Source: Alphaproteobacteria bacterium
GTDB lineage: Bacteria; Pseudomonadota; Alphaproteobacteria; SP197
Assembly: GCA_965228895.1 (NCBI GenBank)
Contig: OZ245842.1
Coordinates: 5,440,001-5,504,000, forward strand
Length of the DNA stretch: 64,000 nt
Reading direction: 5' to 3'
Shown here: positions 51,349-60,224 of the stretch, in pieces
How positions within the stretch are numbered: the first letter of the stretch is position 1
How the letters are laid out: the number at the start of each line of letters is the position of its first letter
Notes under the pieces: generated by a model
What the model was told of the DNA's origin: nothing
What the model saw: the letters and a program-made list of their open reading frames with translations, nothing else
The model's database searches: none
Translations under genes and position numbers: made by a program

Positions 51349-52451
51349 CAGCGGATGCCCGCCGCTGCGATACCCATCGATTGCCCCGGCGTCAGGCAGC
51401 GTGCCAGGAGCGCTTGATGGACATCGCGGCATCGCGCCTTGAGCGACGCCGGAACATCAGGTTCCGGCGCCACGGTTGCGGCGCGGAAGCGATAAGCCTT
51501 GGCGATCAACGCGGCCGGTTGTTCAACGGCCAGCGCGTCGGCCAGGCTCTCCAGGTATTCCAAGGGCGAAGCGCAAAGGCCGTCATAGTCGATGTGGACC
51601 AGGCGTTCGGGCGACGCCTCCAGCACCGCTTCGTAACACGCGGCCCAACAAGCAAGCCAAAAGGCCGGCTGATCCGGTGTGACGCCACATTCGTGATGCC
51701 ATGTGTCGAAGCCTATCTGGCGAAGACCGGCGCCAAACTCGAAATGGCCGAGCCACGTCATGTAGCGCCGGGCAAAGGGATCATCGCTATGGATGCGGCA
51801 GAAATGACGGTGTTGGCGCAAAAGCGAGGCCGCCTGGGCCCAGGGATGGCGCACCGGAACGACAAACGTGGCGTCGGGGAAAAGCGTAGAGAGAAGGTCG
51901 AGCCGCGCGATGTTGACGTTGTTTTTTGACAGATAACGGTTTGCTGTCAGGCCGCCGGAAGCGACGATCTTTTTCATGTAGTCGCGGAAGAAACGCTCGA
52001 ACGCCGGGTACCTGTCCGTGGACGACCAGGGCTGGATCCGGTCGGCTTGATAATGATCGCGCCAGAACGCCTGCCAGACGACCTCTTCGAACGCCTCGGG
52101 GCTGTCAAATCCGACGTCCATGCCGTCGCCGTGCAGGCGTTCTTTGTTCTCGCTGCGCCGTTGGAACCGCGATGCCAGCATGGGCCATAGAAGCGGGCAC
52201 AGGGCGAACGGCATGTGCCGATAGGTCGCGGCGGCGAACTCCGGCAACATGTTGAGCACATCCAGCAACAATGTGGTGCCGGCGCGCGGCAGCGATGTCA
52301 CGAAGACCGGCCGCTCACACTGCGTTTGTGCCAGGCGGTCTCGAAACAGGCGGCATTCGACGCTGTTCAGAGCGATCTGCAGATCGACATTCGCGAAGGC
52401 CAGGCGATAAAGAGCCCGGTCAAAGCGGCCGTAGGGAACCTCCAGCGTCAT
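51348..52451 (-). CDS. PAPS-dependent sulfotransferase
   Basis: 5'-PSB loop FVTSLPRAGTT, YLSKNN, 3'-PB motif VRHPWAQAAS, YDGLC..P. Confidence 0.9.
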   Translation of the reverse strand: MTLEVPYGRFDRALYRLAFANVDLQIALNSVECRLFRDRLAQTQCERPVFVTSLPRAGTTLLLDVLNMLPEFAAATYRHMPFALCPLLWPMLASRFQRRSENKERLHGDGMDVGFDSPEAFEEVVWQAFWRDHYQADRIQPWSSTDRYPAFERFFRDYMKKIVASGGLTANRYLSKNNVNIARLDLLSTLFPDATFVVPVRHPWAQAASLLRQHRHFCRIHSDDPFARRYMTWLGHFEFGAGLRQIGFDTWHHECGVTPDQPAFWLACWAACYEAVLEASPERLVHIDYDGLCASPLEYLESLADALAVEQPAALIAKAYRFRAATVAPEPDVPASLKARCRDVHQALLARCLTPGQSMGIAAAGIR

Positions 52452-52453
52452 GG

Positions 52454-52819
52454 TCAGCGGACCACAAAGAGCGCCGTCATGGCGATCCCTGCGACCACGA
52501 TGACCTCCCAGCTTTCGGCTGCGGCGATGACGCTAGCGGTGTCATAGAGGTCAAGGGCGCCGCCGGAGACGACAAACAGGATGGTCAGGCCGATCGCACA
52601 CACCGACCAGAACAACAGCATGGCGAACGCGCGCAACATGGCGAGCGCGTCGCGCTGAATGCGCGTTTCCTTTTCATCGTCGCTGAGCGTGGTCGATGTC
52701 ATGACGCCCGTCGCCTCACGCATGGTCGACACCACCGCAAACGAACGTTCGACAACACGCCCAAGCTTGAGCACCGCGACAAAGAGCGCGAGCGCCAACG
52801 CCAGAACCAAATAGATCAT
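52454..52819 (-). CDS. Small membrane protein (about 3 TM), coupled to the sulfotransferase
   Basis: Hydrophobic segments around a charged LSDDEKE..Q loop. ATGA overlap upstream, 2-nt gap downstream. Confidence 0.75.
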   Translation of the reverse strand: MIYLVLALALALFVAVLKLGRVVERSFAVVSTMREATGVMTSTTLSDDEKETRIQRDALAMLRAFAMLLFWSVCAIGLTILFVVSGGALDLYDTASVIAAAESWEVIVVAGIAMTALFVVR

Positions 52820-53088
52820 CGGGCGTCGCGCGTTTCGTTTTCTCGATTGGTGGGCTGATTGCCATGACGGCGTCGTCGCAAACGACGGATTGGGTACCAG
52901 ACAAATCCGACGATCGCCAAAAGCAGCGCGGCGACCAGAGCCAGCACCGTGCCGATCGCGGTGAGACCGGCACCCGGTCCGACATAGGCAAGCGCCGGCG
53001 TCACCGGCATCAGCGCGAGAAGGGCGACGGCGACCGCGGCTGTCTGTGCAGTCGAACGGCCGAGCGTCTTTCTAGACATTGAGGACAT
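52816..53088 (-). CDS. Micro-protein: signal peptide, YVGPGAG, TM helix, polybasic tail
   Basis: A-L-A cleavage site, then YVGPGAG, about 22 hydrophobic residues and RRLRRRR. Start at 53088 or 53079. Confidence 0.75.
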   Translation of the reverse strand: MSSMSRKTLGRSTAQTAAVAVALLALMPVTPALAYVGPGAGLTAIGTVLALVAALLLAIVGFVWYPIRRLRRRRHGNQPTNRENETRDAR

Positions 53089-53250
53089 GAGCAACCTGTC
53101 ACCCGACGGTGCTGCCACGCTGCCGACGGGAACTGTCGCTGGGCACCATCGAGCCTTTTCTACAAAGGCGCGCTCAGGTCAGACAGTGGTCCAACAATTT
53201 GGCCCAATCATGACGGCATGACGGACGTTCTCGCCGCGGTTTTATTCCCA

Positions 53251-53463
53251 TCAACCGTCGAGAAGTTTTTTGAACGCGCGACCGGCGACGCGTGCCGGGT
53301 GGGTGCCGGGTTCTGCGTCGCGGGCGACCTGGCGCACCTCGGCGATCTTTTCTTCGACCACCGGCTTGGCGTGGGTCTCCGCGAGCTCGCGCGCCTTCGC
53401 CTTGACCTTGGGATCATTGACGACGCGCCGAGCGGCGAGAGCGACTAAGCTTCGTATCAACAT
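53251..53463 (-). CDS. Small hypothetical helical protein
   Basis: Natural-looking amphipathic sequence that fills the gap. Start uncertain (53463-53499). Confidence 0.5.
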   Translation of the reverse strand: MLIRSLVALAARRVVNDPKVKAKARELAETHAKPVVEEKIAEVRQVARDAEPGTHPARVAGRAFKKLLDG

Positions 53464-53523
53464 GGCGCTACCATAGCCCATTGCGTACTGAGATGGCACA
53501 GGTGCCGGCCATTGGCTCGTGTC

Positions 53524-53589
53524 CTAGAGCTGATTCACCTGTTTTGATGGAATCGCTTCGCGATGACATCTAACCATTATCCGCTCTAG
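53524..53589. repeat. Family 1 element, internally deleted copy (66 bp)
   Basis: Both ends match the ends of 59458-59597, CTAG at both termini. Confidence 0.85.
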
Positions 53590-54233
53590 ATCGGCGGCAC
53601 GGCGATGGCATTCGGCGCATCCGGGCCGGGCGCAAAGAACAGAAGCTGGACCAGCCTGCCGTTCTCGATGCTGTCGCCGAAACCGTCACCGCTGGAATGC
53701 CAGAACCAGGGCCGGAACAAGATGCAGCGGTTGAACTTCATCGGCAGCGTGAAATGCAGCTCCCACGCTTCGGGATCGCTCGCGTTCTCAAGGGTCAGAA
53801 TGTCGGTCAAGGCATCGCGCGGCGTCGGCTTTCCATAGGTTTCCTGGGCTTCCTGATCGGTCAGCGGTGCGCGGTCGGTGCCGTAGCGGCGATTGATGAA
53901 AAAGTCCGTGCCGCCCGAAGCATGTTCGTCAAGCGTCAGATAGATAATGGCGGCCCAACAGCATCCGGGATCCACGTGGATCCGACCCCGGCGCTTATCC
54001 TCGGCCAGCGTAATGCGGGTCCGGCCATGCGCCTGTGACTTATGCACCACCTGATGGCCCAGGATCTGGCTGAACATCTCCTCATGGCCCGGCCACGCCA
54101 TCGATTCCATGGAGTTGCGCCCGGGGTAATAGACCTCAGGCGGCGGGTCCGGATAGGTCATCGACAGAGCGGTCTCGCGGGCCTTATCGGGGTTGCCGAA
54201 GAAGTCGTCGATGACGAGAAACGATTGCTGCAT
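53586..54233 (-). CDS. DUF6445-like putative Fe(II)/2OG oxygenase
   Basis: VIDDFF.NP, YPG, IHVD, AAIIYL, GGT.F, KFNR..LF..WH. Confidence 0.75.
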   Translation of the reverse strand: MQQSFLVIDDFFGNPDKARETALSMTYPDPPPEVYYPGRNSMESMAWPGHEEMFSQILGHQVVHKSQAHGRTRITLAEDKRRGRIHVDPGCCWAAIIYLTLDEHASGGTDFFINRRYGTDRAPLTDQEAQETYGKPTPRDALTDILTLENASDPEAWELHFTLPMKFNRCILFRPWFWHSSGDGFGDSIENGRLVQLLFFAPGPDAPNAIAVPPI

Positions 54234-54301
54234 GACTTTCCGTGTTCGTTTCGCAGGTGTTGGGGCCAGCGTGCAACGCCGGCCCCGGCCTGGCAAGAAT
54301 G

Positions 54302-54370
54302 CTAGAGCGGATCGTCGTTTGGCGGAACCGGTTGACGGTTCCACCTAACGACGTGAATCCGCTCTCTATC
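54302..54370. repeat. Family 1 element, half copy (hairpin A only)
   Basis: CTAGAGCGGATC..GGAACCGGTTGACGGTTCC..GTGAATCCGCTCT matches 2019-2087. Confidence 0.85.
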
Positions 54371-54373
54371 TGC

Positions 54374-55318
54374 TCAGTCGGCCAACAGCGTGTCGACGGC
54401 GGCCATCTCGTCTGGCGTCAGGCGCCAAGCCGTCACCGCCGCGGCGTTGGCTTTGACCTGCGCGGGCTTTGTCGCGCCGCAGATCACCGTCGCGACAACG
54501 GCTTGACTGGCCAGCCAGCCGATCGCGAGCTCCAGCAGCGTGTGGCCGTGGTCCGCAGCAAAAGCGGTCAAGCGGTCAATACGATCGAAGTTCGCCTCTG
54601 ACAGCATGGCCGCATAACGCGCGTCGTCGCCACCCAGGCGGTTGCCCTTGGCCGCTTTCTTCCCGCGCTTGTACTTGCCCGACAGCAGGCCCATCGCGAG
54701 CGGGAAATAGGGCATGATGCCCATACCGAAGTGGTCACATGCGGGCACCACCTCGGTCTCGATGTCGCGCTCCAAAAGGTTCCATTCGTTCTGCGCGACG
54801 ATGAAGGGATGCGAGCGCGCCTCGCGTGCCAGCCAATGGGCATGGGCGATTTGCCAGCCCGCATAGTTCGAGCAGCCGGCATAGCGGATCTTGCCCTGAT
54901 CGATCAGGGTGCCGAAGGTATCCAGCGTTTCCTCAATCGGCGTATGAGGATCGGGCGCGTGATGCAGATAGACGTCGATGTGGTCGGTGCCCAAGCGCTT
55001 CAGGCTGGCCTCGCACGACTTGATGATATAGCCGCGCGCGCCGCGCGGGATATCGCGCTGATCGGCGCCGCGCTTCATGCCGCATTTGGTCACGATCACC
55101 GCATCGTGGCGCTTCTTGCCCAACGCCTTGCCTAGGAACGTCTCCGACCGGCCGTCATCATACATGTCGGCGGTATCAAACAGGGTGACGCCCGAGTCGA
55201 GCGCGGCTTGGACGACCTTCTTGGCCTCCGGCTCCTCGATCCACCAGCCCAGCGTGTTGCAGCCGATACCGGCCAGCGAGACGTGCAGGCCCGACCGGCC
55301 CATGGTGCGGTATTCCAT
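54374..55318 (-). CDS. Aldo/keto reductase
   Basis: FDTADMY, SE..LG, SLKRL.TD.ID.Y, GKIRY.GCSN, PLA.GLL.GKY. GGAGG RBS. Confidence 0.95.
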   Translation of the reverse strand: MEYRTMGRSGLHVSLAGIGCNTLGWWIEEPEAKKVVQAALDSGVTLFDTADMYDDGRSETFLGKALGKKRHDAVIVTKCGMKRGADQRDIPRGARGYIIKSCEASLKRLGTDHIDVYLHHAPDPHTPIEETLDTFGTLIDQGKIRYAGCSNYAGWQIAHAHWLAREARSHPFIVAQNEWNLLERDIETEVVPACDHFGMGIMPYFPLAMGLLSGKYKRGKKAAKGNRLGGDDARYAAMLSEANFDRIDRLTAFAADHGHTLLELAIGWLASQAVVATVICGATKPAQVKANAAAVTAWRLTPDEMAAVDTLLAD

Positions 55319-55420
55319 CTGATCCTCCGATTCTGGCGCGGGACTGTAGCGCCGATCGGGCGATCGGTGAACGACCGCCGGCTTGCTCTCGTCGTGCAGG
55401 CAGTCTAGGTCAAGGTCACC

Positions 55421-56056
55421 ATGACCGGCGACCCCAACCTTCACTTCGGCCCATCCCTGCGCGCCACGATCACGACCAACCTGGACAGGTTGGACCGCAT
55501 GCACCATGACGACGCCGGGCTGAAGCGCGCGGCCGTCGCCTTCGTGGTTGTCGAGGGGGAGGGCGACGAAGGCGCCTTTGTCCTGACCAGGCGTTCGAGC
55601 CGGCTCAAGCGTCACAAAGGCCAGTGGGCGCTGCCCGGTGGCCGGTTGGATCCCGGCGAGACGCCGGTTATCGCGGCGTTACGCGAGCTTTCCGAGGAGG
55701 TCGAGCTTGAGTTGACGGCCGATGCGGTCCTCGGCCTGCTTGACGACTATCCCACCCGTTCGGGCTACCTGATCACACCGGTCGTCGTGTGGGCGGGGAC
55801 GGCCGCGACCATGACGGCCAATCCAGACGAGGTCGAGACGATCCATCGGATCGCGTTTCGCGATCTGTTCAGACCGGATTCGCCGGAGTTCGTGACCATC
55901 CCCGAAAGTGACCGCCCGGTCATTCGCATGCCGATTGCCGGCTCGAAGATCCATGCGCCGACCGCCGCCTTCATCTACCAGTTCCGCGAAGTCGGCCTGT
56001 GCGGCCGCAACACGCGTGTCGCCCACCTGGAGCAGCCGGTCTTCGCATGGCGCTGA
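55421..56056 (+). CDS. Nudix hydrolase (CoA pyrophosphatase-like)
   Basis: LTRR...L..H.GQWALPGG, ALRELSEE, NPDEV. Confidence 0.9.
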   Translation: MTGDPNLHFGPSLRATITTNLDRLDRMHHDDAGLKRAAVAFVVVEGEGDEGAFVLTRRSSRLKRHKGQWALPGGRLDPGETPVIAALRELSEEVELELTADAVLGLLDDYPTRSGYLITPVVVWAGTAATMTANPDEVETIHRIAFRDLFRPDSPEFVTIPESDRPVIRMPIAGSKIHAPTAAFIYQFREVGLCGRNTRVAHLEQPVFAWR

Positions 56057-56060
56057 GACC

Positions 56061-58151
56061 TTAAGCGACCTTCAGCCAGACGGACGTGTCGTGGAACAGG
56101 CCACCGCCGACCGGCGCGCCGGGATCTGATGTAATCAGCAGATTAATGCCGACACCTTCTTCGAAGGCATGGTTGGGCCAAACACTCTCGACAATCACCG
56201 TGCCACGCTGGAGACCTTCAAAGAGTTCGGTATGCAGGACGAGGCTGCCCAGGTCGTTGCCGATACGCACCCTCGTGCCGTCGCCGATACCGAGCGGCGT
56301 GGCATCGTCGGGGTGAACTTTCACCGTTGGCCGGCCTTCCTGTGCGATCGATGTCGGCGTTTCGGTGAAGCTGGAGTTCAGGAAGTGCCGCGCCGGTGCG
56401 GTGACCAGGCGAAACGGTCGTTCTTTCGTTGCCTTGTCGATGACATCCCAGTGGTCGGGCAGGCTGGGCATGCTGTCGGGTACGCCGGCAGGGCCAAACG
56501 TGTTGAGGGAATGCGTCCAGTCGGCCTTGAACCGGAAACGCCCGTCGGCATGGCCGAAACCGTTCATGAAGTGGGCCGTGTCGAAATCCGGTTGTACATC
56601 GATCCACCGATTGTCCTTCAGGGTCGCAAGACCGGGCCAGCCGGACGACGCCAGCATGTTTTCGATTAGATCCTCAGGCGTCATGGAAAATCCTGGATGG
56701 TCGTTTGCCACGCCAAGCCTTTCGGCCAAGGCGACGATGACCTCATGATTGGAGCGGCAGGCGCCCGGTGCCTCGACAACCTTCGGGCCGAACATGATGT
56801 GCTGGTGACCGCCGCCCTGATAGAGGTCGTCGTGTTCCAGGAACATGGTCGCCGGCAAGACAATGTCGGCCATCTGGGCGGTTTCGGTCATGAACTGCTC
56901 GTGTACGCAGACGAACAGGTCGTCGCGGGCGAAGCCTTGGTGCACCTTCGCCAGGTCAGGCGCCACCATCATCGGATTGGTGTTCTGGATGATCATGGCA
57001 GTCACCGGCGGACCGTCTTTCAGTGCGTCGCGGTCGCCGTCCAGGATCGGGCCGATGCGTGACTGATCGAGCACGCGTATCGACGGGTCAAGGACGTCCA
57101 GCCCCTCGTTCATGGTGCGATCCCAATGATAGATCGCGCCGTTGTTGTGAAACGCGCCGCCGCCTTCGTACTGCCAGCAGCCGGTCACGCTTGCGATGCA
57201 TGTCGCTGCATGCATGGCAACCGCACCGTTGCGGCCCCGGCAAAAGCCGTAACCAAGGCGAAGAAATGTCTTCTTGGTCTTGCCGATCATATGGGCGAAC
57301 GCCTCGATCTCTCGCGCCGGCACGCCGCAGATGGCTTCGGCCCATGCCGGCGTCCGGGTTGCCAGATGCGCTTCCAGTTCATCCGGCACGTCGGTGAACT
57401 GTGCCATGTAGTCGCGGTCGGCCAGATCGTCGCGAAACAGGACATGCATGACGGCACAGGCGAGCGCGGCATCGGTGCCGGGCCTGACACACAGGAAGTA
57501 ATCGGCCTGTTGCGCGGTGGCGTTTTCATAGGCATCGATGACAACGATTTTCGCACCGCGTTCTTTTCGCGCGCGGATCGCGTGGGTCATCACGTTGACC
57601 TGGGTGTTGACCGCGTTGGTACCCCAGATGACGATGAGGTCGCTTTTGGCCATCTCGCGTGGATCGGGGCCACGCAAGGACCCTGTCGCGGTGATGTAAC
57701 CGGACCGCGCAAGCGTCGTACAGATGGTGCTGTGCTGGCCGGCATACTTCTTGACGTGGCGTAACCGGTTGATGCCGTCACGCATCACGAAACCCATGGT
57801 GCCGGCATAGTAATAGGGCCATACGGCTTCAGAACCCGACGCCTGTTCAGCGGCAACAAATCGCTCGGCGACCTCGTCGAGCGCGTCATCCCAGGAAATG
57901 GGCTCGTAGGCACCGCTGCCCTTGTCCCCGGTGAGGCGCATGGGTTGCAGCAAACGGTCGGGATGGTGGATGCGCTCGGCATAGCGCGCGACCTTGGCGC
58001 AGATGACACCGGCCGTGTAGGTGTTGTCGCGTGCGCCGCGAATCCGGCCGATCGTGTCATCGTCGATTTTTTCGACTTCCAGAGCGCACGTACTCGGACA
58101 ATCATGCGGGCAGGCGCTGAAGTGGATGTCGGGCGAAACGACGCTGGCCAT
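56061..58151 (-). CDS. Molybdopterin oxidoreductase (DMSO reductase superfamily) with N-terminal [4Fe-4S] motif
   Basis: CPHDCPSTC...C.K, ISWDDALD, TIC, ADIVLPA, LNSSF. Confidence 0.9.
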   Translation of the reverse strand: MASVVSPDIHFSACPHDCPSTCALEVEKIDDDTIGRIRGARDNTYTAGVICAKVARYAERIHHPDRLLQPMRLTGDKGSGAYEPISWDDALDEVAERFVAAEQASGSEAVWPYYYAGTMGFVMRDGINRLRHVKKYAGQHSTICTTLARSGYITATGSLRGPDPREMAKSDLIVIWGTNAVNTQVNVMTHAIRARKERGAKIVVIDAYENATAQQADYFLCVRPGTDAALACAVMHVLFRDDLADRDYMAQFTDVPDELEAHLATRTPAWAEAICGVPAREIEAFAHMIGKTKKTFLRLGYGFCRGRNGAVAMHAATCIASVTGCWQYEGGGAFHNNGAIYHWDRTMNEGLDVLDPSIRVLDQSRIGPILDGDRDALKDGPPVTAMIIQNTNPMMVAPDLAKVHQGFARDDLFVCVHEQFMTETAQMADIVLPATMFLEHDDLYQGGGHQHIMFGPKVVEAPGACRSNHEVIVALAERLGVANDHPGFSMTPEDLIENMLASSGWPGLATLKDNRWIDVQPDFDTAHFMNGFGHADGRFRFKADWTHSLNTFGPAGVPDSMPSLPDHWDVIDKATKERPFRLVTAPARHFLNSSFTETPTSIAQEGRPTVKVHPDDATPLGIGDGTRVRIGNDLGSLVLHTELFEGLQRGTVIVESVWPNHAFEEGVGINLLITSDPGAPVGGGLFHDTSVWLKVA

Positions 58152-58239
58152 GGCTTCTCCTGGGTTGCCGCGAACCTAGCGCGAATGCGGCCGATGCGCC
58201 AAGATAGGCTCCGCATCCGCAGCAGGGGGAGGCTGAACG

Positions 58240-58599
58240 ATGAAAGCCGCATGGATTGCACTGGCCGTGCTGTTGACGGCAACACCGGCCGCTGCACAAG
58301 ACTCCTTGTCGGGTACCTGGAACAGTGGCCTCGGCGGTATGACGCTGAAGTTCGACAGCACCATGGAAACCTACACCATGGAACTGCAGAACCAGACGAC
58401 CTATCAGGGAGACTATACGGTCTCCGGCCAGTCGGTGACGTTCGAGAACGCCTTTGGCAGTCAGGTCTGTCCGGGGGTCAAGGGCATCTACAACTTCAAC
58501 GTCCTTGCCAATTCCGTTGAGTTCCTCGTGATCGAGGATCAGTGCACCGCCCGGCGTGACCATCTGCGCGGCACCTGGACAAGCACGAGTTTGCTCTAG
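58240..58599 (+). CDS. Hypothetical secreted protein
   Basis: GGAGG RBS, signal peptide, L.GTW motif, Cys pair. Confidence 0.7.
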   Translation: MKAAWIALAVLLTATPAAAQDSLSGTWNSGLGGMTLKFDSTMETYTMELQNQTTYQGDYTVSGQSVTFENAFGSQVCPGVKGIYNFNVLANSVEFLVIEDQCTARRDHLRGTWTSTSLL

Positions 58600-58639
58600 C
58601 CAGGGGTTGATTGAGATCCTTTTTGCCCAAGGGTGATCG

Positions 58640-59461
58640 ATGCCGAACGAAGGCGATTCAGACCACTATTATCTGGGTGTGCATAAGGATGCGTTTCGGC
58701 GTTACCGGATGTTCAACGAGGTCAACATGCCGGGGACCGCAAGCCGTCTCGCGGATCTGCCTCTGACGACGGACATGCACGTTCTTGAGGTCGGCTGCGG
58801 AATCGGCGATACCGCGCGCCACTTCGCCCAGAACGTCGTGCCGAATGGCCACGTCACGGCCTTCGATCAAGCAAGCGATATCATCGAGATTGCCAAGAAA
58901 GAGGCACATGATGCCGGCATCAATAACATCTCGTTCGTTTGCGCTCACGCCCAGGATTTCGACTACGGCAGCAACCGTTTCGACCTCGCGCACACGCGCT
59001 ATGTCCTGTCCTATTCACCGGATGCAGCAAGCATCGTCGCCAGTATCTTCGGCGCGCTGAAACCGAAGGGCATGTTCTTCGGCGAGGAGGTCGCCCAAAG
59101 CTATGTCAAACACGGCAAATCCGACTGGATCGAAAAACTCAAAGCTTGGTTTACGGCCCTGATCGAGCATGGCGGCGGAAACCCCAACTATGGTCTCGAT
59201 CAGCTTCCGTCGGACATGATTTCAGCCGGCTTTGAAAACCTGCACGTCAACGGCTTCTGGCCGATGCAAGATCAGGCGGAAGTCGTTGCGATGCTTCGGC
59301 TCGCGCTGTCGAACGAGATGAGACCGAATCTGGTCGCGCTGGGCGTTGCGACCGACGACGAGATCGATGCGGTGGTCGCAGCGGCACAGGTGCCGGGGAA
59401 AGACTTCGTCGTCAGCGCCGCAGCCGCCATACAGGTGGTCGGCTACAAACCCTCAGCCTAG
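58640..59461 (+). CDS. Class I SAM-dependent methyltransferase
   Basis: VLEVGCGIG, FDL, LKPKG. Confidence 0.9.
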   Translation: MPNEGDSDHYYLGVHKDAFRRYRMFNEVNMPGTASRLADLPLTTDMHVLEVGCGIGDTARHFAQNVVPNGHVTAFDQASDIIEIAKKEAHDAGINNISFVCAHAQDFDYGSNRFDLAHTRYVLSYSPDAASIVASIFGALKPKGMFFGEEVAQSYVKHGKSDWIEKLKAWFTALIEHGGGNPNYGLDQLPSDMISAGFENLHVNGFWPMQDQAEVVAMLRLALSNEMRPNLVALGVATDDEIDAVVAAAQVPGKDFVVSAAAAIQVVGYKPSA

Positions 59462-59597
59462 AGCAGATTCTGTTTTGATGGATTCGCTTCGCGATGACAT
59501 TAAGACAGATGTATCTGCTCTACTCATCGATAAAGAGCGGATTCACATGGTGAGATGGGACCGTCAAGCGGCTCCATCTCACCATGATCCGCTCTAG
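59458..59597. repeat. Family 1 element, full 140-bp copy (inverted relative to 2019-2158)
   Basis: CTAG at both ends, two hairpins, gap-free alignment with the copy at 2019-2158. Confidence 0.9.
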
Positions 59598-59610
59598 GCA
59601 GCACAACACC

Positions 59611-60090
59611 TCAGCGCTTTCTCGGCTGCCCGATCGCACGCCCGGCATTGTCGGGCCGCTCAAGCTTGGTGTGGCGCGCCAGTATCTCCTGAAGTCGCTC
59701 CTGAACGTCTTCCTTGAAGATCTCAAGGCCACGCTCATTGAGATTGAAACCCAGTGCCATCACCTCGTTGGTTGCCGCCCGGTAACCGTTCTCCGCGTGG
59801 TACATCGTGTGGAACAGGCGAAAGCGTTTGGCGTCGGCGTCCAGAAGCTGGGTGGTGATGCGCAGCGGATCGCCTTCGCGTACCTCATCCAGATAGTTCA
59901 CGTGCGCCTCGACCACCGCGTACTCGCTGCCATCGCGGTCCTCCAGCTTTCGATCGCCGTTGACGATGTCCCAGAAGTTGAAGGTCGCGCTGTCGCAGAT
60001 CAGCACATAGTAGGCCATGTTCAGATGACCGAACTCGTCGATCCATTCCGGTCGGACGACGGTGTCATAGGTCATGAGGTCGTCGGTCAT
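59611..60090 (-). CDS. Hot-dog fold acyl-CoA thioesterase
   Basis: V.PEWID..GHLN..YY, E.H.NYL.EV. Confidence 0.85.
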   Translation of the reverse strand: MTDDLMTYDTVVRPEWIDEFGHLNMAYYVLICDSATFNFWDIVNGDRKLEDRDGSEYAVVEAHVNYLDEVREGDPLRITTQLLDADAKRFRLFHTMYHAENGYRAATNEVMALGFNLNERGLEIFKEDVQERLQEILARHTKLERPDNAGRAIGQPRKR

Positions 60091-60224
60091 GGAGTTTCCC
60101 TGGGCAGGTTCGTGATGGCGCGGCGGGCGTTGTCATAGCCGACCAGATTGGCCGCGACAATGGGTAGCGGGCGGGCGCCGGGCTTGCCATCATGCGGCCG
60201 TCCATCACCCCGGAGAGCCCCGCC

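Noticed and set aside
51348-52819. Sulfotransferase and upstream membrane ORF as one frameshifted pseudogene
   Set aside because: A clean TGA-CC-ATG junction would need both a stop and a frameshift. Fusion in homologues remains possible but cannot be tested here.
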